Below are positions 13,301 to 37,353 of a DNA stretch of 64,000 nucleotides, in pieces. The notes under the pieces were generated by a model, which searched no databases, was not told where the DNA came from, and saw only the letters and a program-made list of their open reading frames with translations. The first letter of the stretch is position 1. Each line of letters opens with the position of its first letter. The stretch covers positions 12,022,328-12,086,327 of the forward strand of contig CAVNZM010000002.1 in the NCBI GenBank assembly GCA_963693365.1. The letters are read 5' to 3'. Source of the stretch: Amoebidium appalachense (taxonomy: Eukaryota > Protista > Ichthyosporea). Both the position numbers and the translations under genes were made by a program.

Positions 13301-14818
13301 GAGCTGAGGATCATTGTTGACCTTGACGTTGGCTACCAGAGCAGTGACGGTCCGAGGGATGGAGGGACGTATCTCATAGTCAGTGATGAAGTACAGTCCA
13401 TCTGTGCCTGTGAGGGAACACACGATGTTGCCACCACGAGTGTAGAGGTATGATGGGAATGCATCCTCATCATCGAGGTGGGCAAGGAGACCCGACTTGG
13501 AGGCCATTGAGGGTGATATCAGGAAGGCTGGGGAGTCGGGTACATAGAGGGTGTTGAGGCTCAGTACTGATGTTACTCCGTTGTAGGTGACGGCCAGGTT
13601 GATGACACCACGGTGATGTGCAGTGACGATGCCGAGGCCGTGGACGTCAGTCGGGGGGCATGGCTCAAGAGTAGAGAAGTACTCTTTTACTGGGCACACG
13701 TGGACGTTTGAAGCCGAGTCCCAGCAGGGGTCCATGGGTAGGGAGGCCGTGGTGGACACGAGGGCAAAATGCACCTCTTTTCCAGACTTGGTGTTGGCAC
13801 GGTGACGACGGGCAATTGAGCAGCCAGGTTTGTCACACTGTGTGACATGATGGTCTTCGTGACAGTAGGCACAGTCGAGGGAGCCAGTGGTCTTGGCTCG
13901 GGGTGGCTGGGAATGACGGTTACCCCCTTTACGTGGGGGGTAGGGTGACCGGGAACGATAGCCGGGGGAACGGGACCGTGAGTAATCACGGTCAACTGAG
14001 GGGGATCGATCGGTGGGACGACCGCGGGGGTGACGGGAGACGGAGCTGTCACGTCGGGGGATCCGGTGTCTGAGGTCGTCCTTGGTGAGTACACGGCTTT
14101 GCAGGGCACGTGCTGTTCGGACGGTGGAGGAGGACCCGGACCCAGAGTCGATGAGACCTTCACGGATCTCTGCAGCTCTGATGTCACTGATTAGACGGTT
14201 GTAGGTCTCGTAGTTAATGGTACGACGGAAGTAGTCGGCAATCATGGCCTGGATGTCGGTACAAACTAACTTACGGTTCTTCTTGAGGTGGATGAAGAAG
14301 TTATCAACCATAGTCTTGTGAGGAATGGGCTCTTCGAGGATGTGCAGGGTAGTGCACAGACGGCGTGCCATGGTGAGGTAGGCCGTGACGGTCTTGAAGT
14401 CTTTGAGTTCAAGCTCATGGTAGTCGAGGAGGATTTGACGAGCACGATCTTCACGTTCAGCCGCATAGGTCATACGGAGGTTGTGGAAAGCTTGGGCAGG
14501 TGACACATCATCGTGGATTTGACCAGAGTTATACAGCTCATCATTGGAGACGAGTTGAGTAAACATCTGTTCAAGGAGGTTGGAAGCCTCGGTGTAGGCC
14601 TCCTCAGTGTCGTAGCCGTGCCACTCATTCTCGTCGGAAGGGTCGACCCACTCGGGGGCCTTGATGACGGGCACTAACTTGGCCGCGGTGGTGGTACGTA
14701 GGTACCGGAAGATGACGGGTTCCCACTCATAATAGGTGAGACGTTTGCCGGACTTCTTGTCCGTGGTGTCATCCCCTTTCCAGGGGGTGAGGTTGAGATA
14801 CGCAGGTTTCTCCGACAT
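10396..14818 (-). CDS. Copia gag-pol polyprotein, with one frameshift at a poly-C run near 12256-12267
   Basis: Zinc knuckle CAYCHEDHHVTQC, protease WDSAS, LWHHRLGH, integrase (CFGC, HMD, RSDSGSEF, NGFVER), RT (QLDISTAFL, IYGLKQA, YVDD), RNase H (YSDSDFAG, TKHI, ADIFTKPL). Confidence 0.95.
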
Positions 14819-14924
14819 GGTGATCAATCAGTCAGATGATGCGTGAGAGAGGAATCAGATCGGTATTCAAATTTGAATATTTTTGATTGCAGCGAGAGTA
14901 TGTGTTTGCGAGAGCGTGCGAAAA

Positions 14925-14937
14925 TGGGCCTTTAACC
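14925..14937 (-). promoter_or_regulatory. Primer-binding site GGTTAAAGGCCCA (half-tRNA type)
   Basis: Immediately follows the 5' LTR. It lacks the TGG of CCA-end priming and resembles the copia GGTTATGGGCCC type. Confidence 0.7.
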
Positions 14938-15682
14938 TGTTGTTTTGTACGGGTCTAAGGGAGCAGAGTGCACAGAGGTGTCATGTAAAAACACGACTAA
15001 CACATTAATGAGAGGGCAATCGGAGTTGTTCACGAGACATTGAAAGATTTCAAACAACAACTGAATCTTTATTGTGCTCTCGGTTCCTTTTGTACTTGCG
15101 ACTTATCACCTTATCACAACTAAAGAGGGAGAACCAATCGGTTCTATCAGAAGATAGAAAAACACATTCCGACAGAGCATACGCATTCCAACTTCCGATT
15201 AAACTAAAGTGTAGAAACTCTTACTTAAATAAATTAAGTAATTATACATCTAGTCACTATTAACTCACATATATATTTATGTTCGTCTCTATAAAGAAAC
15301 TTATTTAAATACATATATTTCCTAACAGTCGACACTCTCAAAGTGAAGACACTTTGCAATAAACCGAATTCCATATATATCTATTGTCCAATCACAACAC
15401 ACATATATTAACAGACAGGAATGCACAACACAATCTACAGATGTACTCGCTCGCGACTATTGGCGAGCCATCCTTTTGAGAACAAACTAGGCCATTTTGA
15501 AATAAAGGAAAGACAACGAGTGAGGCTAGCCAATCACGCTACCTCTCAGATAAACAGAGGAGAGCAAATAGAAATAAAACACAATAAGTTCTTATCAGGC
15601 AAGAGAGCCAGGTGTGCACAGATCTACAGATATCTGTGCCCACAGAAACAAGGGAGAGAGAGATACGGGGGGGGGGGGGGGG

Positions 15683-15774
<92 letters not shown>

Positions 15775-15866
15775 ACAAAGGAGGAAAGCAGACACGAATA
15801 CAAACAAGCTAGGACACATACATACTTCAAGGCTCTTGCTGTCATACATGGTGACGTATTCCAACA
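14938..15866 (-). repeat. 5' LTR of copia element (929 bp)
   Basis: Direct repeat of 8761-9677, 12 bp longer in the GA microsatellite. Confidence 0.95.
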
Positions 15867-16465
15867 TTAAGTGATGGTCTTCTGGTCGGATGGGCATGTG
15901 CCGGAAGGCAGCCTGCACATCTACCACGGCCATGTAGCAGCCGGGGCCTGCGTCGAGAATGAGCTGGGTGACGTCCCGGGCGCGAATGTACTGAAGTTCG
16001 TCGGGGTAGGTGATGCTGTCATTGACACTGCTACCCCGGGGCCAGGAGAGGTGGTGGATTCGACGGTACTTGGGGGGGGTTCCCTTTCTTGGTAACGGCG
16101 CCGATGGGGGAGGAACGGTGGACCGGAAATTCGTCAAAGAATTGGGCCGGGGAGAGGGGGCCGCGCAGGTGGCCGAGGGCGACTTCTTTGGCAATATCCG
16201 CCGTGATAGCGGCAGCTGCCTCCGGGGTGGTGGGTAGGTTGGGGCCCACCCGAGAGGTGGAGGGACCGCGATAGCCGATGTCGACACCGAATTCGACATC
16301 GTGGAGGAGTTGTGCGGCGAATGATTGGTCTGGGTAGGAGGCCAGCAGTTCCCGGAGGCGGGAGGTGTCAATGTGGTGCTGGGGCAGCGTTCGGGCCTCC
16401 GGGTCTGAGCCTCGGGGGAAGGGGTGGTTAGCAAGGGTGGGGCACCCTCGGGGAGATCCCGGCAG

Positions 16466-16525
<60 letters not shown>

Positions 16526-16595
16526 CAGGGCCCCGGGGGGGTTAGAGTAGGGCAGCTGGGCCCGAGTGAGGGTTGGCAGGGAGGGCAGCGGGGCC
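15867..16595 (-). CDS. N-terminal part of Ngaro-like pol (RT), with homopolymer frameshifts
   Basis: GVDIGYRGP, SPIGAVTKK, KYRRIHHLSWPRGSSVND, VVDVQAAFRHMPIRPEDHHL. Continues as MAFKW at 8756 once the copia element and one TSD are removed. Confidence 0.88.
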
Positions 16596-16912
16596 CTGTG
16601 CAGGGGAATGTGCCCGAGCACGCGGAGGTGTGGGCGGACACAGAGGTAGAAGAAGGGGGGGGAGGGAGTGCTAGGTGAGTGTAAGGGGGGGGAGGCTCGT
16701 GGGATGGGGGGGGAGTAAAATTATGTGCAGTGGCCAGAATAAACGTCTTTGTGTAGGGACATTTATTCTTGACGCGCGCGGGCGCCGTAGTTGGCCTGCG
16801 AAATTTGTACTCAGCCCTATTGGCCCGTGCTCCCGAGCTCCGTGTCCTTGGACCCGTGTAACCTAGCTCCTAGCCCCTATGTTCTATCTGTGGGTGTGGG
16901 TGTGCGCGTAGA

Positions 16913-18120
16913 CTAGGCAATGTGCTTGCAGTCTTTGCGGGGGTGTGTGCCAGAGCAGAGCGGGCACACGTGGGAGAAGGGGCAGGGCTGCTTAGCGCAG
17001 GACCGACCGTTAATGTGGAAATTCCTGCAGTGCGTCGCGGGTAGATCCATGGGTCGGGCCGGTTTTGCCGGGCCGGGTTGCGGGCCAGGGCGGTTAGGTG
17101 TTTGACCCCCGCCGGGCTTGTGGTGCGGCTTAAAGCCGTCAAGACCACAGCCGGGCTTGGGGTACATGGGGCAGGCCGCGCTGGGGTGGTCGGGGAAGCC
17201 ACAGCGCTGACATGCGTCCGGGATGAGCAGAGTGGGTGGCAGGAGGAGATCCTGGTGGAGTTGGGCGAGCAGGTTGGGACACTCGATCGGAGCCCGACCC
17301 TGCTGGTGGGCAACGGTTCGGGCGTATACGTCATAGTTGTGGATCTGGGCCCACGGGTATCGGGTGCTGAGGCGAGTGATGTGCTGAGTCCAAAGTACGT
17401 CTTTGTCCGTGGGGAGGCCGAGGTGGTGCTTGGCGGCCATGTAATGGGTCCAAGCTTGGATCCAAATGACGAGTGAACGCAGGGGAACGGGTTTGTCTTG
17501 GCGAAAAGTCTCGATGCTGCCGTCGTCGGCCATGCGCAGATGCTGACCTTTCTTGGATGGGGCCAGGAGGGCGGCGGGGGTGAACTTATACAGGTCGACG
17601 AAACGATTGGCGCGCAAATCTGCCAGCACATCCGCGGGGGGGGAAGCGGGAGTGTGCCCGGCTGAATGTCGCCAGTGTTCTCACCTGTGATGGGAGGCGC
17701 GGGCAGGGCAGGTAGGTCTAGGTCAGGGCCGAGATGCAGCCCCGGGGAAACCTCCCCGGGTGCGGAGGGCGCGGCGGGGGGCGCGGGAGGGTCGCGGTTG
17801 GTGAGAGCAGCCAGGACGCCAGCCATCTGGGTGCTGATGGCGGTGAGGGCGGCAAGGACGGCGTCTTGAGAAGTCATCTGCGGGGACGGCGGGGCCTGAG
17901 GGGGGACTACAGGAGGGGAGGGGAGACTAGCCGGCGGGTCCGGATCCGTGGTGGTATGGGCCGCTGGAGGCGCGTCAGTGTCCGCGGGAGCGTTGGCCGC
18001 TGGAGGCGCGTCAGTGTCCGCGGGCGCGTTGGTCAGCCTGTGGCGGAGGTCGCTGCGGGTCAGGCGCTTAGGTGCCGCGGCAGGGGCGGTGGCTGAGGCC
18101 TGGCGCTTTTTCGGCGGCAT
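16913..18120 (-). CDS. Gag-like protein of copy 1 (frameshift in the G run near 17640)
   Basis: Near-identical to 53076-54236. CCHC knuckle CQRCGFPDHPSAAC and a terminal CCCH/CCHC cluster. Carries a 36-bp internal duplication (NAPADTDAPPAA twice). Confidence 0.88.
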
Positions 18121-18147
18121 GCTGACCGGCGTAGGGAAAGATAGGGA

Positions 18148-18485
18148 GTGAAAAAGAAAATATAGCTGTAAAGCTGTAGGTGCTAAACACAGAAGATGTG
18201 TTGTTGCTTGCTGATCTGCTAAAAACTGTCGTGCTTATATACCTGAGGCTACCGAACTGAGCCAATCAAAACCGATCTAGTGTTATGTGAAATCTTATCC
18301 TGAGCCAATCAAACTCGGTCTAGTGATCTGTGGAATCTGATGTTTTGATCGGCTAATAGGTGCCAGTATGCGGGCAGCCGAACGCGAACTGCTAAAACAT
18401 GAAACGAAGCCTGTTGATATCGGACACCCATCCTACGTGTTTACCCAGAAAAATATTTATGTCAATAATTTCCACAAATAAAACC
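18148..18485 (-). repeat. A1 terminal repeat of copy 1, with CCAAT x2 and TATATAA
   Basis: 338-bp direct repeat of 7090-7427, lying upstream of the gag ATG. Confidence 0.9.
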
Positions 18486-18778
18486 AATATCAGCATCGAC
18501 TCGAGGCCGAAGCTCCCTTAAGGCTCGCTCGGTTACGCCATGGGCCTTGGCTACAAGTGTTGAAACGGCGGATTTCTCCTGTTCGCAGGCAACGGAGATA
18601 ATCTGGGGGGGGGTTTCATTTTTTCTAATATTCAACAATTCTTTAAGTTTTTGACCTACAAAATGCGAGTTCTTGATTTGAAAATGCGCAAAACACAACT
18701 TGTTAAGCCCTAGACCGGCTAGCCTATGTGTACATAACAGTGCACATATAGCGCCAAGCCCCCCCCCCCCCCCCCCCC

Positions 18779-18858
<80 letters not shown>

Positions 18859-18901
18859 GGAGGGGGAATCACACACACACTCTCTCTCTCTGAATACTCA
18901 G

Positions 18902-18935
<34 letters not shown>

Positions 18936-19036
18936 CCTCCCCCCCTCTCCCACCCCATCCCCACCACCACCACGTCCTCCTCCTCCTCCCCCCTCCCCCC
19001 CTCCCCCCCTTTTTTTCCTTCTTTCTTTTTTTTTTT

Positions 19037-19083
<47 letters not shown>

Positions 19084-20695
19084 GCCTGGGGGGGGGGGGG
19101 GGGGGAGGGGAGGGGGGGGAGAGGGGATACTCTTACCTTCTGCAGTGCACTGGCCATCTCAGCACGCGCCCCCACCAGCTCCGGTTCGTCCTTTCCTGCC
19201 TGCACCACCGACCCAACCAGTTTGTCTTCGGCCTTACGTACAACATCCGCAATTACTGATTGCAACTTGGCTTGGCTGCAGCTACTTTGACAAACGGCAT
19301 CTGCTATGCTTTTTTCGACACCTATTGAGGATGTCTTCTTTTACCCCGCTGAGCCAGGCGGTGAACTTGTTGGTGTATGTGGCAGTGGTGGCGTCGTAAT
19401 CTGCATGGGATGGTGTTTTAATAATTAATCTGTGCTATTATGTCACAATATTCCTCTTGCTAGAAAAGTGGGTGGATGGGTGGTAGCTACATATAGGATC
19501 ATGGGTCGCATAGATGTAGTCATAGCGGGAGCACCAGGAAACCGACGTGAATTAGTGTCTTGATGCCTCCTTGGTAATGACAGACACCCACAGTTCAAGG
19601 GGGCAGATGAATTCTTCGTTGCTTGTTGCACGGTGAGAAGGATCTCGGGGACCAACTCGGCAATCATACTCGCGGTCAATATAAGAATATACGCCCACCA
19701 AACAAACCGGTAGGTGTAGCAAGTTGCTGTGCAATTGTGGAACGAATCTCCGTGACTTTACCCAGAAAGCTGGGGCTGTAGTCGTTTGTTGTGGTCTGCT
19801 TGCTCCCGGCATTGACGACGGAATTGAATGCATAAGGAAGACACCACACGGTCACGCTCTCAAAGCACTGTTGAAGGGTCTCGCATATACTATTGTGCTC
19901 CTCCATACGTTGTCGCTCACTTCTGACTTTGGCCAGCTTGACATTTTCTATATCAAGTAGGAGGCTCTCTGCTTCATTCTGTGACGACTCGTCATTGTCA
20001 CGAAGAACAAGGTGAACGTGTCCGAAATATTGTCCGTGAGGTCCGGCTTGATGCGCCTCCCGGCCTCGGCAAGGACGGCAAGCAGCTGGAACATTGTGTT
20101 CCTCTGTTTGGTGCACCCTTCCAGTTGAACAGAACCACCCGGGAAACCAGGAGCATTGGGGTGGCGATGAGAATGTCGTGTGCAGTGTCTTTGTCTCCCT
20201 GCCCCTCCACATCCACAAACCCAACCATTTCCGTCTGCTTGGCGGAACCACGGCCAAGCGCAGCGGCATGTTCGTTGCGAGGGGCGGTTTTACCGAAATG
20301 GGGAAGAGGTAAAAACGTCGGAGAGAGGTCAACACCCACGGTGCACGGCGCCAGGTTGGATGACACAGGAAAATGCCGGGCTTGTTTGAAAGCACGTTCA
20401 TGAGAGTGGACTTGCCGCACCTGGCCGGCCAAAAAATGGTCACTAGGCTAAGGGAGGCGGTGCCGCGGCCCAAGTCCACGAGCGAGGTCAGCATTTTTGA
20501 TGCTTCCGGGTTGGTGTCGTATTGAGGGGTTTGTTGTTCGCCTTTCCGGCTTCCTTTGGGTCCATGTTTGAATTCGCTGCTTTCCGCGTCAAGTATAATG
20601 GACCCAGCCTGAGGGTGTTTTGTTGGGTTATTTTTGAGACCCACCGGTACCTCGCGGATCCATTTTACTGCTGTTTTGGGTGCAGAATCGGACAT
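18486..20695 (-). pseudogene. GBP/atlastin (GB1/RHD3)-family large GTPase gene, 5' part; frameshifted and disrupted by a transposon
   Basis: P-loop-like TIFWPARCGKSTLMN, G2 CTVGV, G3 FVDVEG, SRVVLFN, G4-like LVLRD. Introns at about 19490-19401 and 19136-18603. Several frameshifts. Confidence 0.78.
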
Positions 20696-21428
20696 TTTTG
20701 GGCAGGTTTGTGCAAACATGATGAGATGTGAAGGTAACTATGTAACGTGCACGGAATGTGTCTATTAGAAGCACGCAAGGTGCCTTTTTATGTGAGTGCA
20801 CGTTTCCTGTTCCTTTGCTGGTACGCGGTAGTAATGAGCTGCAGCCTGCCACATCATTTTGTCTCGTGGATCTAATGTTGTGGTGCGCAGTTACCCAATC
20901 ACGAAAGGTAAACGCTCTGGTATGCAAATTAGTAATTTCTTTGAACGATAAGTGGACATCAAGATCTTGTGCTTCAAATTGACGATTGGACAATCTAGGA
21001 TGATTGTGGAATGCAGATCTTGTAACTACAAACTGAACAGGCACATCAGAAGAAAAGAGAGTGCATAAGCGACCAAACCCACCAGCAATGGCACAGGAAA
21101 AGATTATACATAACTGAAATAAATAGTTATTTCATGATTTAGACTTTATGGAATGAGATATAGGTGTAAAAGCGTGGTGTGGTGTCGCTTGTTTCGAGTT
21201 TTCAACGCTAAATTTCTATGCCCATACTTAGCATGCCATCAACCAGAGATCTAATGCTAGATCCTGTGTTTGCGCAATCAACTTTGGACACTCAAAAAAA
21301 AAAAAAAAAAAAAAAATTGGAAGCCTTTTTTTTTTGGACAAACTTGTCAAAGAGGTCTAGAGGGAGAGAGCATATTCTTCCAAATACACCACTAACACTC
21401 GGAACCTAGAGAGGCTATTTCATTAAGA

Positions 21429-33199
<11,771 letters not shown>

Positions 33200-34161
33200 T
33201 TTGAAGGAGGTAAAGGAATGTAAGTGAGGATCTATGTTATCGAATGTGTGTGTGTGTGTGTGGCATTGATCTTTCCAAGCTGAAAATCTATCCATCTGTC
33301 TTAGATGTTTACAAATGTATGCATACTGGTATCCGTTTCCAAATTGGGCACACAACCCACTCTTTGTAAAAGTCACATCCAATATCTCAAGCAGTGTGTT
33401 TCAACGGCTACAATTGTGTGTTCGTACCAAAGACTGTTGGATACCGCAAACACTATATACCTACTTTTTTATTCGTTTCTGTATCTATGGATTCTTCAGA
33501 TGTTTAGTTCGTGCATGTACATATGTGCCTTCCATAGACTTGGTGCCTTCGTAATCGTGTGTTTAACTTGTGTATATTACTCTGCCAAATTTAAACTGAT
33601 TTCCTCGAATTATGATTTGTTTCCCTCAGTTGCCGCCCCTCTCCCCCCCCCCCCTCCCCCCCCCCAGCCAAACACACATACACACACACACCTACGCGCA
33701 CGGCCCAACTCTAACCGCCCCCCACCCCCCCTCCTCCTCCTCCGGCCCTGCCCCTTATTTGTTCCCTCACCCCTTAAGTCAAATGCATTGTGTTCTTAAA
33801 TAGTTGCTAGCAGTCCTTAATCCCCCCCCCCCCCCCCCCTCTCCGGGCACATGCATTGTGTTCTTAACATGCAAGGTTGTTAGCAGTCCTTAACCTTTAC
33901 CCCACCCCACCCCACCCCCTTCTCCCCTTCCTCCGGCTTCTGCTTTGAGAGCCTTTCTGTCCCTCCCTTCCGTTAACCCCCTAGTCCCCTCCCTGTTTGT
34001 GAGTTAAGGAAAACATGCAGTGGTCTACTGGGGAGAAGGGGGTGGGAGAGGGGGGAAAGGGTGGGGGGAGGATGTATCAGGTCAAACAGTCGGGCGGGCG
34101 GCAAGGGGAGGGGGGAGGAGGGGGGGGGGAGGATGTATCGGGCCAAAGCGGGTGGGCGGGG

Positions 34162-34209
<48 letters not shown>

Positions 34210-35560
34210 AATTGGGTTTGCAGCTGTGGCTTGAAAATGATGTGACTTTATTGAGCTTGTATTGCATTCTTATCATGTGATCACTCAAATGACCATAAGT
34301 TGCTGAAGTGTAATCACACAGCAGAGAGTTCTGTTTCACTCATGACCAGGCTGGGAAGGAGCGGGGTGAAAAAAAGAAAACGTAATTCCTGTAATATCTC
34401 GAGTATACAACAAATTATAATAAACACCAGATACGATTTCGCATCAAATGTCTATGTCTCACACAGCTCTCAACTTTCATCTGTTTCATCCATTATAACT
34501 ATAACGGTAAACCCCCCCCCCCCCCCCCATCCCTCCTTTACGTAATTCTGATCACACCCCCACAAATGAACATGCCCCCCCTCATGGCCAACCTCACAAC
34601 TTCAAAAAATAGCTACAGGCAATGCAATGGGCAGTGCCGACAGTTCCCCCCCCCTGGCCGCCTCCAGCCCCACCCCAAGTACCCCCCCCCTGTTACGCCT
34701 GCGCCTTCCCCCTCCATTCCCACCCCCACCACCACCAATATTTCCAACCCCGACAATTCGTTGTGCCGCTGCCGCCGCCGCCGCTTGAACAGCCGCCAAA
34801 ACAGGTGCAGGTGCATGTGGGACAGCAACATTACCACCTTGTGCATTTTGTGGCTGGTTCAATATGTTGTTCAGAGCAACGTCGGTCTCATTTAGACCCT
34901 CACGGTAGCGGTGTGGAAAACATTGTTCAAGGAGGGCTGAGAAGGGTTTGAATTCCTTTTGGTCGTTGGGTTGGAAGGGTTTGCGGCAGAGTGGGCAGAG
35001 GATGTTGTGTGTTGGGAGGGACTTACGCAGAGCAGACAGAAAAATTGGCTGCATGGGAGGACCGTGGGACGGCAGAGGAGATCCAGACACACAGAGCACT
35101 CGTGGCTCTGTGGGCAGAATTTTTAACATCGTAAGTATTTTTATAGAATTCAGAGATATACAATGACTTTAAATCAAGTACTTCTTCAAAACATGATTCG
35201 TGCAAAATGTCATTGTGTTCTGAAAGTTTCATCCCTAATGGGAGTTGTCCAACAGAAGGGAAGGAGGGAGGGAGAGCGGCGGGAGGTTTTTTTTTTTGTT
35301 TTTTTTTGGTGGTGGTTGGGGGGAGGGGGGAGGGGGGGGGGATGAACTATCATAATTCGATTCAGTAACGTTAGGGTGTGTGTGCTATACATGTGTGAGA
35401 CGGAAATGGAGAGGAGCAGGGGGAGGCGGAAAGGGGGGAGGAAGGGGGGGGGGGGGGGGGGGGGGGAGAGAGAGAGAGAGAGAGGGAGGGGGGGGGGGGA
35501 GTAGAGCGAGTGAGAGAGGGCGCCTTCTTTCCCCTACTTTTTTCTGTTGTATCTCTCTCT

Positions 35561-35595
<35 letters not shown>

Positions 35596-35772
35596 GGGGG
35601 GGGGGGGGGGGGAGGGGAAGGAAAGGGGGGGGGGGGGGGGGGGGGGGAGGGGGGGATGGAGACCCACCTCCTCGTCGATTTCATCTGTGAATGCAATGTA
35701 AAGTCTCTGCATGTAGTCCTGCCGCAGTTTGGCCGCCTCAGATGCACTTATGCCCCTCAGTCTCTGTTCCAG

Positions 35773-35834
<62 letters not shown>

Positions 35835-37322
35835 ACGTGTGGGTGCAGGTACGGGTGCCGGTGCGGTGTGTTGTGCGGGTGTGGCTGAGGGCACGGGTAG
35901 GGGTACCCATGCTTGTGTGCTTGCTTGGCATGCGTGTGCGTGCATGTCTGCATGTGCGTGCATGCGTGTGTGTGTGTGTGTATGCTTGCGTGTGTGTGTG
36001 TGTGTGTGTGTGTATGGTACATGTGCGTATGAGGCAGGCCACAGTGTGAGTGAATGGGTGTGGGTGTTTGTGTGGGTATGCACTTGTTCTTGTGTGTGTG
36101 TGGCTGCGTGGGCGGGTAGAAACGAGTGGGTGGGTGCGGACTTGTGTTTGTCGGTGTGAGGAGAAGGGGGGGTCGGATGTCACATCGTTACAAGTGTAGC
36201 CAGACAGGCTTACCCTGACTTGGGCACACACACATGCACTACATACGGGCGCAGCGCGTGCACACACACGCGCCTGCGAGCACACACACACACACACGCA
36301 CGCATACACGCGCACACGCACACGCACGCACACGCGCATGCGCACGCGCACCCAAACACACGCACACGCGCACGCGCACGCACACACGCACACACACACA
36401 CACATTCGCAAGCACACGGACACGCACACTCACACACACACATGCACCCACCCACGCACACCTGCGAAGTTCACAATATCATTGCTCGGACGGCAATCTC
36501 CCCAATTCGCACTCTACCCAAAGACGGCGGTGTGGAATAACATGTTAACAACGGTATAATGAGCTGGAAGATGCTATGCATAGGTATGAAGACACCATTA
36601 ATCGTAAACAGTCTACAATAAAATATAACCGTTAACTCTTTTTAAAAGCAAACACAACCCACCTTGCCTATGATTTCCCTCTTCTCCGCTGCCGTCAGCA
36701 TCTTCCTGTCCTTCGAACCAGCCACCAAACGTCTCAGTGTGACGCCATCCACCTCCCTCATCCCCCCCGGGCCCAAGGTCTACCACCGTGTGTGTGTCAC
36801 TGCTTGCACGCACCACCCGAGCGTAGATGAATGTGTTGGTGGCGGTAAGATAGCCGACAACAGTATTAACCTGAAAGCGTATGGTGTGTTGGTTACTAAA
36901 GAGAAAAAGAAAAAAGAAAAATATGTGCAGCACACACAGCACCCAATTGTTGTGTAATCACACCGAATCGTGCCCAATACCCCATCATTTTTCATTTTTC
37001 TTCTCACCAATCCTCCCCACTTGCCCCTCACCCCGCCCCTCCATCCCCCCTCTCCCCCCCCCCCCCCCCCCCCTCCTCTTCCTCCTCCCCAGCCCCTTGC
37101 CCCCCCCGTACGCACTCACCCACCTACCCACACACCCACTATTCCCATCCCCGCTCGCAAGCCTTCCCTCGCCCTCCCTTCTGCCATCCTCTCTATCTCG
37201 CCTGCCCCCCTCCTCCCACATCCACAGCAGACACTCGGTGTGATGCACGTACTTGCCCACACATACACACAGACACGCACACACACATGCACACAAATGC
37301 GCAACCCCGCACGCGTGCCCCC

Positions 37323-37353
<31 letters not shown>

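Larger units (their letters stand above)
8761..15866 (-). mobile_element. Full-length Ty1/copia LTR retrotransposon nested in the RT of Ngaro-like copy 1
   Basis: TG...CA LTRs, 5-bp TSD TTAAG (8756-8760 and 15867-15871), domain order gag-PR-IN-RT-RH, PBS and PPT present. Confidence 0.96.
6818..18485 (-). mobile_element. Tyrosine-recombinase retrotransposon with split direct repeats (Ngaro-like), copy 1; YR deleted, RT interrupted by copia
   Basis: A1 18148-18485, gag, RT/RNase H, YR remnant, B1 7428-7514, A2 7090-7427, spacer, B2 6818-6904. No target-site duplication. Confidence 0.92.
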
